From Chrysomallon squamiferum (taxonomy: Eukaryota; Animalia; Mollusca), in the NCBI GenBank assembly GCA_012295275.1, contig CM022665.1:2666001-2730000 (forward strand): DNA of 64,000 nucleotides, written 5' to 3'. Under the pieces are notes generated by a model. That model had not been told where the DNA came from, made no database searches, and saw only the letters and a program-made list of their open reading frames with translations. The position numbers and the translations under genes were made by a program. Shown piece after piece: positions 25,685 through 37,167 of the stretch. The first letter of the stretch is position 1. The number at the start of each line of letters is the position of its first letter.

Positions 25685-25733
25685 ACATCTTCAAGTATCA
25701 TATAAAGATATACTGATTCAGCGGGCTTAAGCA

Positions 25734-26108
25734 ATGGGTGATATAGATAAAATGTCCAACTCTTCGGAAAGATGTCAGTATTATAAATATGCAGATAAGA
25801 ATCATGATTCAATAAAAGATCTCTGTTCCAAAAGCAGACAGCTAAGGCGTAATCTGTACCTCATAAAGACGAAAAGTTATTCGTTAAAGAGAAAGGATAA
25901 GAGACTTAGAGAAGTTTTTGAAAAGGTAAGACAAGATTTTCGTTGTCTACAAAATTCCAGTGTGTTTGCTAGTCACTGTGAGCTGTCACGTTTCCCAAGA
26001 ATGACAAACAATGTCTGCAGATCACCTGGAACATCTTCCAAAATTGTGAACAATACAGATTCTCAAATGAAGGAGGATGAACGTTTAAAACTGACAAAAA
26101 TGATATGA
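25734..26108 (+). CDS. Intronless 124-aa hypothetical protein with basic coiled-coil / leucine-zipper-like segment
   Basis: Non-repetitive ATG-started ORF in gcaATGG context with upstream TATA/Inr; hydrophobic residues at L30, L37, I44, L51, L58, V65, L72; no family recognised. Confidence 0.55.
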   Translation: MGDIDKMSNSSERCQYYKYADKNHDSIKDLCSKSRQLRRNLYLIKTKSYSLKRKDKRLREVFEKVRQDFRCLQNSSVFASHCELSRFPRMTNNVCRSPGTSSKIVNNTDSQMKEDERLKLTKMI

Positions 26109-26538
26109 AAAACAGAATGAAGTTCCAAACATATATATATATATATATATATATTAAACAAAGACGCTGAAAATTAATATGAAGTAACGTATTTCATCTG
26201 GATCGGAGATTCTAACTGCTAATGGTTTTAATCAGTTTTGCAGTGATGTATTTATTAATATATGTGCTTATGAAAAACGTTTTAATAACATCTCTGTTTT
26301 TAACAGAATTGAGAAATATGACGTTAAAAGATCTCCAACTGCAATTCGTTATGGGAAGACAAGCAGTCAAAGTGTTTAAAACCAAATAGTGACAAACCTT
26401 CCTTTTAAATACTAGTTCACAGATTTATCAGTGACGTTTCAGCCAGTGCTAAGAAAAGGAGAAAACAATGTATTTAACAATTCTAAAATCAAATATGAAT
26501 TTATATTAGATTATATTAGATTCACTTATCATATGGTT

Positions 26539-26573
<35 letters not shown>

Positions 26574-26828
26574 TATTATTATTATTATTATTACAATTCA
26601 ACTTTAAGGTTCACGGGAAAATATGTTTCTTGGCATGTATGGCATTGAAAAAATAAGGCAATTAACTCACTTTATATATATATATATATATTTTTTTTTT
26701 CCATTTTATTCTTTGACTGACTCATATTGCTCCAAGACATAGTCACAAAAAATAAAATAAAATAAAATAAACAGTGCAGATACATATTTTGTTAATATGT
26801 GGAACAATTCATACAGCTGAACCTTCCC

Positions 26829-27022
26829 CAGTGCCGAATTTAGATCTTGCGGTGCCGTAAACTGTAGAGAATTCAGAGGCTCCTTGTTAAAACATTTTCT
26901 TTTTAGCCAAACTGTTTATAGTGAATATTATGTTATAGTAATTTTTTTTGAGGCCCCTACGGACTGTCAAGCGCAAAGATGTAATTTAAAAAAAAAAAAA
27001 TGTATTCCCAAATCCAACACTG
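26829..27022. mobile_element. Decayed MITE-like element
   Basis: Imperfect TIRs cagtgccgaattt / aaatccaacactg; internal gaggcccc-type motifs; no TSD seen. Confidence 0.4.
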
Positions 27023-27364
27023 ATTATCTGTCAATTTTTTAAATTCCTTAGACAACTGAAAAGTAATTAAATTTCTATGCTTAGTTGTTGTTGTTGTTGT
27101 TTATTTATTTATTTAATTTTATTAATTTAATTATATTTTGTTTTATTTTAAATTTGTCTGATTGTTTTTAATATTTTCTGTTTTGTTTCTGCCTACATAT
27201 AAAATTTAAATACTCTATCAGTCCATGGATCAGTTATGTCTACTGGATCGTCCAGTGAAAACTATTTGCTATTTAGCAAGATACGTTCTTGATTACCTGG
27301 GCTGTATATAAAACTGTTGTATCTTTGTATATTAAATCTTTCAGAATATGCTCTTATTTCATTT

Positions 27365-27370
<6 letters not shown>

Positions 27371-27428
<58 letters not shown>
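27371..27428. repeat. (ATT)n microsatellite
   Basis: Direct reading; source of the poly-Ile ORFs. Confidence 0.95.
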
Positions 27429-27870
27429 TCTTGTAATTTGGAAGTACATCTAGTGAAGACAGAGACATATATCATCTGTAAAAGCGACAAGTACAACACA
27501 ACGGCTGGTGTGGATGTCGCCTGCATTAAAGCGCTGTCAGAAACGTCGTATAAAATCAATAACCGTTCTTTGCTTGCAGCTACAATACACAAAAGACTCT
27601 TTAACACTAACCACGTTTTCAGCCAATTCCCATCTTTCATTCCACACAGTGACCAGTCCTAATTTATGTTTATAATTTTTCTTTAAACTTTATTTTATTT
27701 CTAATTGGTCGCAAACAAAATCAAAAACACACACACACAACAATTTTTTTTTTATATATATACCAATCATAATTTTGTAGTCTTTGCTGAGATATATATA
27801 ACAAGATCGTAGATTATGAGATCATGTTTTTGAAATGAGAGGAGAACAACACGTTTGAATCTGCTTACTG

Positions 27871-28080
27871 TGACGTCAAATAGAAGTGATTAGATTCCCA
27901 GGTTGAGCGGAGGTGTGTATTCTGCGCCCACTAGCAGATGCGGACACGCCGGTGACAGCGGAGAGAATGCTTGGTTCAAGTGTGGAAACTTGCTGGACAT
28001 ATGGAACAATAAAACACTTTTCCTGATGATATAATACCTCTCAAGTTCTGCAACAGTTCCGGATTTTACACACACCGTAG
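27871..28080 (+). promoter_or_regulatory. Candidate CRE-containing promoter and non-coding first exon of GPB5
   Basis: Full CRE TGACGTCA at 27871-27878, then a GC-rich island ending in a strong donor AG|GTAAGA at 28080/28081. The GPB5 ATG exon begins with an acceptor at 33000, so an upstream exon is expected. Confidence 0.45.
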
Positions 28081-28113
28081 GTAAGAAGTGTATTATTGTA
28101 ATACTAAAACTAC

Positions 28114-28178
28114 TAGTAGTAGTAGTTGTAGTAGTAGTAGTAATAATAATATTAATAGTAATAATAATAATAATAATA

Positions 28179-28271
<93 letters not shown>

Positions 28272-28297
28272 GTAATAGTAATAGTAATAATAATAAT
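28114..28297. repeat. (TAG)n/(AAT)n microsatellite
   Basis: Direct reading; source of the poly-Asn and poly-Leu ORFs. Confidence 0.95.
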
Positions 28298-28689
28298 ATC
28301 AAAAAATAGTAATCATTTGTTTATAAATATTTTAATTTTGTCATTTGATGCAGTATGGCGCATTTGTTTATTACATAAAAAGCTTTTCAAGGTGATCGGT
28401 TTTCAAAACGGAAAATTGCAGATTCGTGTTTGTCAGATCGCTTACTCGCCTGCAGAAAGAATCGAGTCCACATTTTACGACCAACTCAATTACAGACAGA
28501 ATACAAACTGTACTAAATCAAGAAATATGAAACATAAATTAAGAAATTAGCTTTCTGAATTCATTTTAAAGGAAATATACTCTTTTATTTATGAATTCTT
28601 AACTAGTCGGGCGAAACAGAATTTGAAACAAAACTGGGAGAAAAATAATTATGAAACATAAAATTGGAAATTTGACATTAATGATATTT

Positions 28690-29095
28690 TACAATGTTAC
28701 TGAACAGTGAGCATGTTTTTTTTTTGTTTTTTTTTTTTTTTTAAAATATATCATTAGACAGTTGACATATTTTTCATATTATTGAACAGTTGATATATTA
28801 TTTCTTTCTTCTTTAAAAAAAAAAAAAATATATATATTATATTAAATGTTTTTGAAATTACCGATCAGTGAACATTTTTTGATATTACTAGACAGTGAAC
28901 ATCTGTTTTGAAATTATTAAACAATAGACAGGTTCTTGGTATTATCAAAGATCAGGCATATCTTTGAAATTATTAACAATGTGCATGTTTTTTGTTTTTT
29001 TAAATTATTAAATGTTTTTGAATGTTTTCTATAGTATTAAACAGCAAACATGATTTTTTTTTTTCTGAATTTTTTAAATTACTAAACAGTGGACT
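28690..29095. repeat. Degenerate minisatellite of about 29 bp
   Basis: About 9-10 recurrences of ttttgaaattaYtRRacagtgRRcat-like units interrupted by poly-T. Confidence 0.6.
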
Positions 29096-32000
29096 TAATT
29101 CATTTTTATATTATTAATTCATAGGTGTAAATCATACTTTTTATCATAAAAAAGATGAAAGTTGTATTTTGGAATACGAGTCAGCAACTGTATATAACAT
29201 TGGGCCACTCAGTTGTAATTTATAACACAAATAATGCTCTCCAAGGTGACATTTTGTTTTCATATTTAGCTGATGACTTTGCAATGTTTCTAAATCCAGT
29301 AAGAAAAAAAAAAAATGTATAAAGATGATGTATGCGCATCATCTTAGACAAAAAATACAGTTCAGATCATTTTAAGAAAGAACTCAGAATATACCGAGAT
29401 TCCACATTTTGTGTTTATAGACAATTTATCTACCCAACGTTTTGCCAGTGTCGCTGTATGTAATAACAGGACAGTATTCGTAAAATATTTCACTTCTGTA
29501 TTCATCAAGTTAAAAAAAAAAAAAGAAATAAAGAAGGCTTTTACGTTGGTAAATGACTTATGGATCATATAAAAATGGAGAGTAAAAAGCAATAGGCTTA
29601 TGACTCGTAGCTTCCCTCCCACATTTCGATAAAAAAAAACTAGAGGAAATTTGGGAAAAGTAAGAAGAAAACATTATTATTATTATTATTATTTTTTTAT
29701 GATGCAATGTTTATGATTTATACTGCCTGTGCCGTCGATTGATGAAACGTTTTTTTTTATTTTTTTTTTTTTTTTTTTTTTTAACTAGAAACTTCTACTG
29801 TGATTTTATCCGTGTTCGATTTCGCGCGGTTTAAGCTGTCTGCCATGTTACTCAAAACGTCCCCATACGCCCATGTAGAGAGTTGTGCAAAACGTAAATA
29901 TCACAGCTAAGTGAATTTAAAAGCTGGAATAAGATCCACAGCTCTTTAAAACTTCAAAACGTCTTTAAAAAAAAAACTAAAAAAAAAAAAAAAAATAATA
30001 ATCATAATAAAAACTAAAAAAAAATAAAAGTCTCGTACATCATTTCAATAAATTATGTGTTTTTTTTATTTTTTTTTTATTTTTAACTGTTTATAGATTC
30101 AGTTGAGGTTTGGCGCATCATCAGAACGTACTGAAGTCGATTCCTTTTTCCCCAGATAAATAATTATACTTGAGTATTAATTTTACAGCGTGTCCAAGAA
30201 TGAAAGACTAATGAAGGACATCTTGTATGAATTTTTCAGTGACTGTCAGACGTTTATTGTTCCCAGATGAGTCGACACGTCAGCATTACACATGTAGCAG
30301 TGGTTTTCAGGCTCCCAGTAATAACTGGGCTTAATTTTAAATATTTTGTAGATTCTTTTTCAATTAGCATTTTAAAATATTATAGCACAATCATTATGAG
30401 CTTCACTTAAACATAAAAGAAATCTTTACATATTATATAATGGTAAATTTCGTAGGAAATGAAATACATCCACGCTGTTACTAAAATGTTGTCGTTAAGG
30501 CGTAGCAAACAATTACTAGTAGATTGATTCAGTTGCCGCAACTGATGGATTGATTACGTTATTACTCATATATCTATTTATGTTTTTTCTATAAAGTGTA
30601 GTGCATAATTTATATTTTAATATTAAATAAGTTGTTTGATTCTAACTTATTATGTGCAAAATAGTTTGTATTAAAGGGGAATTGCACAGAACAAAACAAT
30701 GAGCCATTCTGGTATTGACGTAAACAAGCCTGTAGTTGGTGTTACTTTCGTTTGTCGTGGATAGGTAAAATGAATTCCATGAAACATCATTATTTATTAT
30801 AAAGATACTTTTAAAAAAAAAAAAAAATATATATATTAGTGAAATATCATCAGTATCCCCTTTCATCGTATAGTTTTAATTCAGAAAAACCCCCCCAAAA
30901 ACCCAACATTATCATTGAAGGTAGCAGACCGTAACAATCAAAATAATGTATATTCTTTATCTATCAATGACTACTTGTATCCTTTACATAAAGCTTTTAC
31001 GGATGTTTTTTCTAATATGTTATTGTTATTTAGTTGTTTATTCATGCAGTATGATAATTGTCTTCCACAATAAAGAAACTGATTGTCTGTGGGAAGTAGG
31101 GATGATAACTTCGTGTTGGCGGAAATCGTTTGAGAAATGAATGGTTGCACTGGAGAATCATGAATGAGTCTATTCAGAGTAAGAAGCAGAAGTGTAACAT
31201 GCGTGGTTTTCATTTTTATTTTCAGACAGTTATAATGAGAGTTACATTAAGATTGACGTTAAAAGCAAATCAATTAATAATGGAAGAGAAACACAAAAGA
31301 TAGCGCTAATGGAAACCAGTCAGTGAAACTAACAGCATATTTTTCCACCAGCTTAGCAGCAAACATTCTGTTTAAAGATACCACTTTTTATAACAGCGAT
31401 ACGCGACTGCAGATCCAGTGTATTTCTCTTAGTGTTCAGTGTCAATAAACCAAATCTACCTGAATTTCTTTACTGTTTCCATCCGGTTTCTAACAATGAA
31501 ATAATTAAACTACAGAGAGGTATACGATCAAAATCTTTTAATCATATATTTTCCTTACTAAATACAAATTTAAGAATGTGAACGACATGAAACACCGATT
31601 TGAGACGCACAGGTTTTATGTACACCTTTCCGGTAACTGCATAGCGCTTTTCACGATTACCGTATCTATCTAGCAAGAAAAACAAGAAAGAGAAAGAAAG
31701 AAAGATAAAATACTGTTACAGCACATTATAATCCAACAACGATTTTTCCGAGAGACACAGTGCTGTTGTGCGTATAATCACATAACCGAATAAATTAAAA
31801 TATAAAACCTTGAAGCAGTTAGACTGGTTGCAGTTAATTGTATTTTCTTCCTGGAAGTAATACTAAAGTTTATGTTTTGTACCACAGTGTCTCTTTAGTG
31901 TAGCCTCTATCTGACATCGTGTACCAGGAGGTTTGCACCGAACAGACAATTACTGTCATTGAAGTTTATTACACGTGTGATAATAATCACAACAGGATTC

Positions 32001-33002
32001 GTGTGAAATCGCCGGAGACCAATTTGGAAAGTTCACAAATTGGCAATTTGCACAGATGAGGAAAAATGTCAGTTATTAATGAAATCCTACCAGAAGCGAT
32101 CATTTTTTGATGATGAATATTTATAATCATACAAACGAACGTGCAGGGAGCGGCGAGAACCTTGCTGATATGTTTGTAGAAAATATTTTATTAAAACTCT
32201 GATACTGCATAAACGACTCTGTAACATAATAACTATTTATTTTACAAGCAAACGACGGAAGAAATAGAATATCACCTGATATTGTTTTTAACTGTCGTTT
32301 TTCGCAACGGTTTACTTTGTACTTATTTCACAAATAGTAATATTATACATCTAGCCTAATGACTGTATATCAACTCAACATTATAATGACAACAACAACA
32401 ACAACAACAATAACAACATCAACAACAACAGCAACAATAATAATAGTAATATTAATATTAATAATAGAAGTGATGCGGATATATTGACAAAATCGATGAC
32501 ATTTCGTTTTAATTTTTCGTTAATTTTCACCAGGAAAGTCACCCCAGAGAATAACCTCAATAACCAATACAGAAACAAGAAAGCAAAATTGCAGGCTTCA
32601 GGATATACACTATAACTATTACAGTTATACTTTATTATCAGCAAAGGTTGGTAGCTAAAAATTAAAACAGGAATACAAATGTGTGGTTGTAATATACATG
32701 CACTTCCACGCCACGTTGATTTAAAATATAAGCTGTTTATGCAAGTTCCAGATAATACTACATTACCTATGTCTTCGCTTCAAATGTGAATCTTATATGT
32801 ATATACATATATATAAATTAGCAGAATTTGTGATCGTGGAAGCAGTTTGTTTCAAAACTAAAATATATTTGTATATCTGATCTATTGCTTATGCAACAAA
32901 CTGACTTTTCTTAGAGAAATAATATACATATATATCATATCATATCATATATATATAACGTATAGTATATATATATATTTTTTCTACTGTTTTCTTGCAG
33001 GA

Positions 33003-33236
33003 ATGATTTGTCCAATGCTCCGTCTACAATATACAGCTGTTCTTCTACAATTGAGCCTGTGTGCTTTGAGCGTGGTTGTCACAGAACAGATTAATCCTGG
33101 GACTACCCTCAAGTGCCATGTAAGAAAATACAGATACTGGATCTCAAAGCCATACGTGCTCGAGACAGGGAAGGTAATACCCTGCGAAGGTTACGTCACG
33201 GTGAATTCCTGCTGGGGTCGGTGCGATTCCAGTGAG
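33003..33236 (+). CDS. GPB5: GPB5 coding exon 1
   Basis: Acceptor tttcttgcag|gaATG; MICPMLRLQY...TTLKCHVRKY...SCWGRCDSSE; donor GTGAGT. Confidence 0.93.
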
Positions 33237-33455
33237 GTGAGTTGAGTTACTTTTCTCTCATTTTTTAGCGTTTGCGACAACGCAGAGGTTAGTGTTGCAT
33301 AACGCTGTTGATGTCTATACCCGTGCCTGCATTGTAAGTCTGAAACGAAAGCTTTAGCTGTACTCTGTTGGGCAGTATCAGTTGCATTTCTGTTGTTCTC
33401 TTGAATGAGAATCTTGCAGTGTATGCATTTATTAAAGTATTTAAAATTATTAAAA

Positions 33456-33490
<35 letters not shown>

Positions 33491-34035
33491 ATGAATGAAT
33501 AGAACGTATTTCTCGTACGAAGGTTCGTTCAGTCTTGGGTTTCACTGAAATTTTGAATGAAAAGTTTCTGTCATCTCTTTCTGACGAGGGTTAAAATTAC
33601 AACACAGATATAATTTCACAAGATTTATCAAGAAACCAAAGTTTCAGCTCTTTTAAGTCCTATTTTTGTTTTCAACAGTCATATCGATTTAAAAAATATT
33701 TTCTAGTTTGCTATATGTTTTCTTATACAGAGTTTCAGAACACGGAAAGGAAATATGTCGTGATATTCAAAACCTTAATAAAAAAAAAAAAATATATATA
33801 TAATATATTTTTTAAATTTATAATTATTTTTGTCTTACAGATTGGCGATTTTAAAATGCCTTACAAACAAAGCCGTCATCCAGTTTGCACGTATGCAACC
33901 ATAGCAACAAAGACAGTGAGATTTGACCACTGTGTGGGACATCCAGATCCAACGTTTGAAGTCTTTGATGCTGTAGAATGCGCATGCTCAGAATGCGATC
34001 AACGGGATACCAGTTGTGAAAACTTAAATGGCTGA
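33003..34035 (+). CDS. GPB5: Glycoprotein hormone beta-5 (GPB5, thyrostimulin beta subunit), 142 aa; join(33003..33236,33841..34035)
   Basis: Hydrophobic signal peptide. The spliced sequence SCWGRCDSSE|IGDFKMPYKQSRHPVC...AVECACSECDQRDTSCE matches the protostome GPB5 signature, with 10 mature-region Cys (cystine knot, no seat belt). Phase-0 intron GAG|GTGAGT...ttacag|ATT. Confidence 0.93.
33841..34035 (+). CDS. GPB5: GPB5 coding exon 2
   Basis: IGDFKMPYKQSRHPVCTY...DTSCENLNG followed by stop. Confidence 0.93.
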   Translation: MGDFKMPYKQSRHPVCTYATIATKTVRFDHCVGHPDPTFEVFDAVECACSECDQRDTSCENLNG

Positions 34036-34356
34036 CGTTAACGCTTTGATTTTGTTAAAGGATATTTATCATAGATTATACAAACTTGTCAAGTTGTGAA
34101 AACTGGAATAAACACTGCTTTATGTGCATGACGTTATTCTTATTCTTATTATTATTTTTTTTTTTGAAAAAAAAAAAAACATACAAAAAAGACTCTACGT
34201 TATTTATTTATTTATTTATTTTGTCTGTCATTTAACAAAAACCGATTTATTTGACCGTACTGCATCACTTTATTTCATTGGAATCCAGTGCGATGCCATT
34301 TTGAGATTTTGCAGGTATTTTAAATTAAAAAATACTGAACCATGTTATTAATAATT

Positions 34357-34400
34357 AATAAACTGATTTGAAATGGTGTTTCTCTTGTTTTGTTGTCACT
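34357..34400 (+). terminator. Probable GPB5 polyadenylation signal
   Basis: AATAAA at 34357-34362 followed by GU-rich ggtgtttctcttgttttgttgtc; an alternative AATAAA is at 34107. Confidence 0.45.
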
Positions 34401-34744
34401 TTTATAAATCAGTACTATTATCTAATTATAAAACATAAAAAAAAACTGTTACAATTAACGAAACGAAGTAAATTACAAAAACTAACTATATGTGTAGAAG
34501 ACTCATGTATTTATTATATCTGTTTTTTTTTGTTTTTTTTAAAATAATGCTGAAAAAAGCTAAAAGCGCTAATTTTTGTTTTCTTCGAAGTGATTATTTG
34601 GTTATTTTTGGGGTTCATGGAAAAAAATACACGTGACAACAATTTGACAAATCTACATAAAGGAATGGATGTCGCCATTTTCTTTTATTTCTTATAATAA
34701 TGATGTCATATCGTACATAATAAACTAAAGATACAGCAAAGTTG

Positions 34745-34778
34745 CTATCTGTCTGTCTGTCTGTTTATCTATCCTCTC

Positions 34779-34820
<42 letters not shown>

Positions 34821-34915
34821 CCGAGAAAACCAAGGCTTGTGAAATCGAGAGATCAATATTACCTTACTGTAATAATACCTATACTGGTTACCAGAAACAA
34901 GTAAACTTCAAAACA

Positions 34916-34955
<40 letters not shown>
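34745..34955. repeat. (TCTG)/(TATC)n and (CA)n microsatellites
   Basis: Direct reading. Confidence 0.9.
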
Positions 34956-34957
<2 letters not shown>

Positions 34958-35905
34958 TATATTGCTCATAATTATATTAAGAAACAACGAAAGGATTATT
35001 ATTATTATTTTTTCTTTATAACATTTTAAACCTTTGAAATTAATTGTTTGTATGTCAGTTATTGAGCCCATTCATAAATATAGTTTATCAGTATTATTTT
35101 TAGGAGTAAATATAGGTAGATATTTTAAACAGCCAAATTACTTAGTAATGATGTGAAAATCTAATAAGATTGTTAAATGCTATTTCTAGAAATTAACCAA
35201 AATTTTCTGTATGCATGCTTTATGCATGCTGTATGTGTGTATAATATAATAAATAAAATAGTACATAACATAACAAAATCCCAATAACGACAAAAGCAAC
35301 AATTAATGGGTTTTTTTTTCGTTTTTATTTTAATTTTTTAATTTTATATATATATACATATTCCTCTGATTTTCTCAAGAACTGGTATAATCAGCAAAGA
35401 TATTTATGTAAAGAAAATTACAAATCAATATTATTGTCATAAGAAAATATATATTTTTTCGCTTTAATGTAATTTTTTTTTTCTCCTATATTTTCTTTCT
35501 ATTATTGCGACACCTAATAATTCTAATTTTATTCTGGTTCTTCGTTACCATTCACTCATTCAGTTCATTCTGTTGTTGTATTATCGACAAAAAATCAGTC
35601 AAGTCAGAATAAAATATTACATGCTTTCCTCCTGGTAAATCTGTCATACAGATAATAAGCTGTATTTAGATCTTAATTACTTCATGTCCGTAATCTATGG
35701 CGCAGAGTAAACATATTCTAAAATGTATCTCACCAGAAATAAACTTATTGTGCATATTTTATCTTTTTATTTTCCTAGATTAACCTGAAATATATATATT
35801 TAACAGAAAAAAAAAAAAAAAAAATTTCATTTTCCATTACATTGTTATTAAGGAAATGATTTACTATAACGTTTACTTATTTACACTTACTATAAGTACC
35901 ATTTC

Positions 35906-35949
<44 letters not shown>

Positions 35950-37126
35950 GGTGCCACAAAAATATATACTATGATTAAAACAGGACATTATTAAGCCGAC
36001 TTAAATACACAGCACTTCAAAGTACAATAAGGAGATTAAATTGAAATTCACGTCCAAATCCAGATAATACGGAATTCTTTTGTGATGTTGGTCTCTCTGA
36101 CAACGCAGAAAGACAGAGGGAATCTGCCGGATATTTTAAATAACTTCGTCACCTGTCTAAATCACATAAATAATAAATAGTTACGTTTGTGTCACAGTTA
36201 GCTGACACATGCTCAGACCTCTAAGATGATACTAAACAGGAAGTATTCATCGTGAGGAAATAACGATTTGAAAAATTAATCATTTCACTGAAACGTTTTG
36301 CAAAGCAGAATGGCCACCTGATATTAATGAAAGTCGTTCGTCCCCGTTTATAAAATTATTACACTGACTAACCTATATCTCCAGTCACATTCATACAAAT
36401 GACGTATAGAATGACAAAATAGTTACATGTATATAAACTGTTCATTTCTAATAACTTATATTTACGGCAGACACTCAATTTACAGAATACTACTCAAATT
36501 TGTAGCAGACGTCATTTTGAACAAGTGATATATATATACTGATTAGTGGTGTTATCAAGTGTGATATATGAGATGCACAGAATAAGGCTGCACGCTTGCA
36601 CACACAAATGCAGACATAAACACACACACACACACACACAAAGGACAAAATAAAACATATCTATATAGTCATATACTTAACGCATATACAAACATAAACA
36701 TACACACATACAGTAGTAACAAATATACAAAACAAAACAAAACAAACAGACGGAAACACATACAGAAGAAACCTTCATCTGTTGAAAATTAAAAGCATTA
36801 TAGTTTATTCTTATTACAAACCTCAGTGGTGTTAACAATGACGACAATTATCTTACAGATATCTCATAAAGAGATCACGAAGAAGAACAGTGAAACCAAA
36901 AGACAATGTTCTGTTCTATCAGAAACATTTCTACTTCGTACATGAACCGACAGCATGTTTTAAATACGCCATCACAAAAGGGGATTCCATTAATCTGTTG
37001 TTGCAGAGTTTGTTTTTGGAGGAGTTGTGTTGTGATAAGCTATGTACGATCAAATAGTTTTCACTGTCTCTTACTCCTGTACTTAATTTTTTAAAACTAG
37101 ATCCGTTTGCAAAGAGTACAGCTTTT

Positions 37127-37167
<41 letters not shown>

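Noticed and set aside
27348-28309. Poly-Ile, poly-Asn and poly-Leu ORFs
   Set aside because: Translations of (ATT)n/(AAT)n microsatellites.
33003-34035. Bursicon alpha/beta as the identity of the cystine-knot gene
   Set aside because: Ten mature Cys and the SCWGRCDSSEI.D...PYK.S.HPVC signature fit GPB5; bursicons have 11 Cys and different motifs.
36859-37094. Possible exon after a ttacag acceptor / Cys-containing ORF as GPA2
   Set aside because: No GPA2 motifs; the frame I read from the acceptor stops early; no clear donor.
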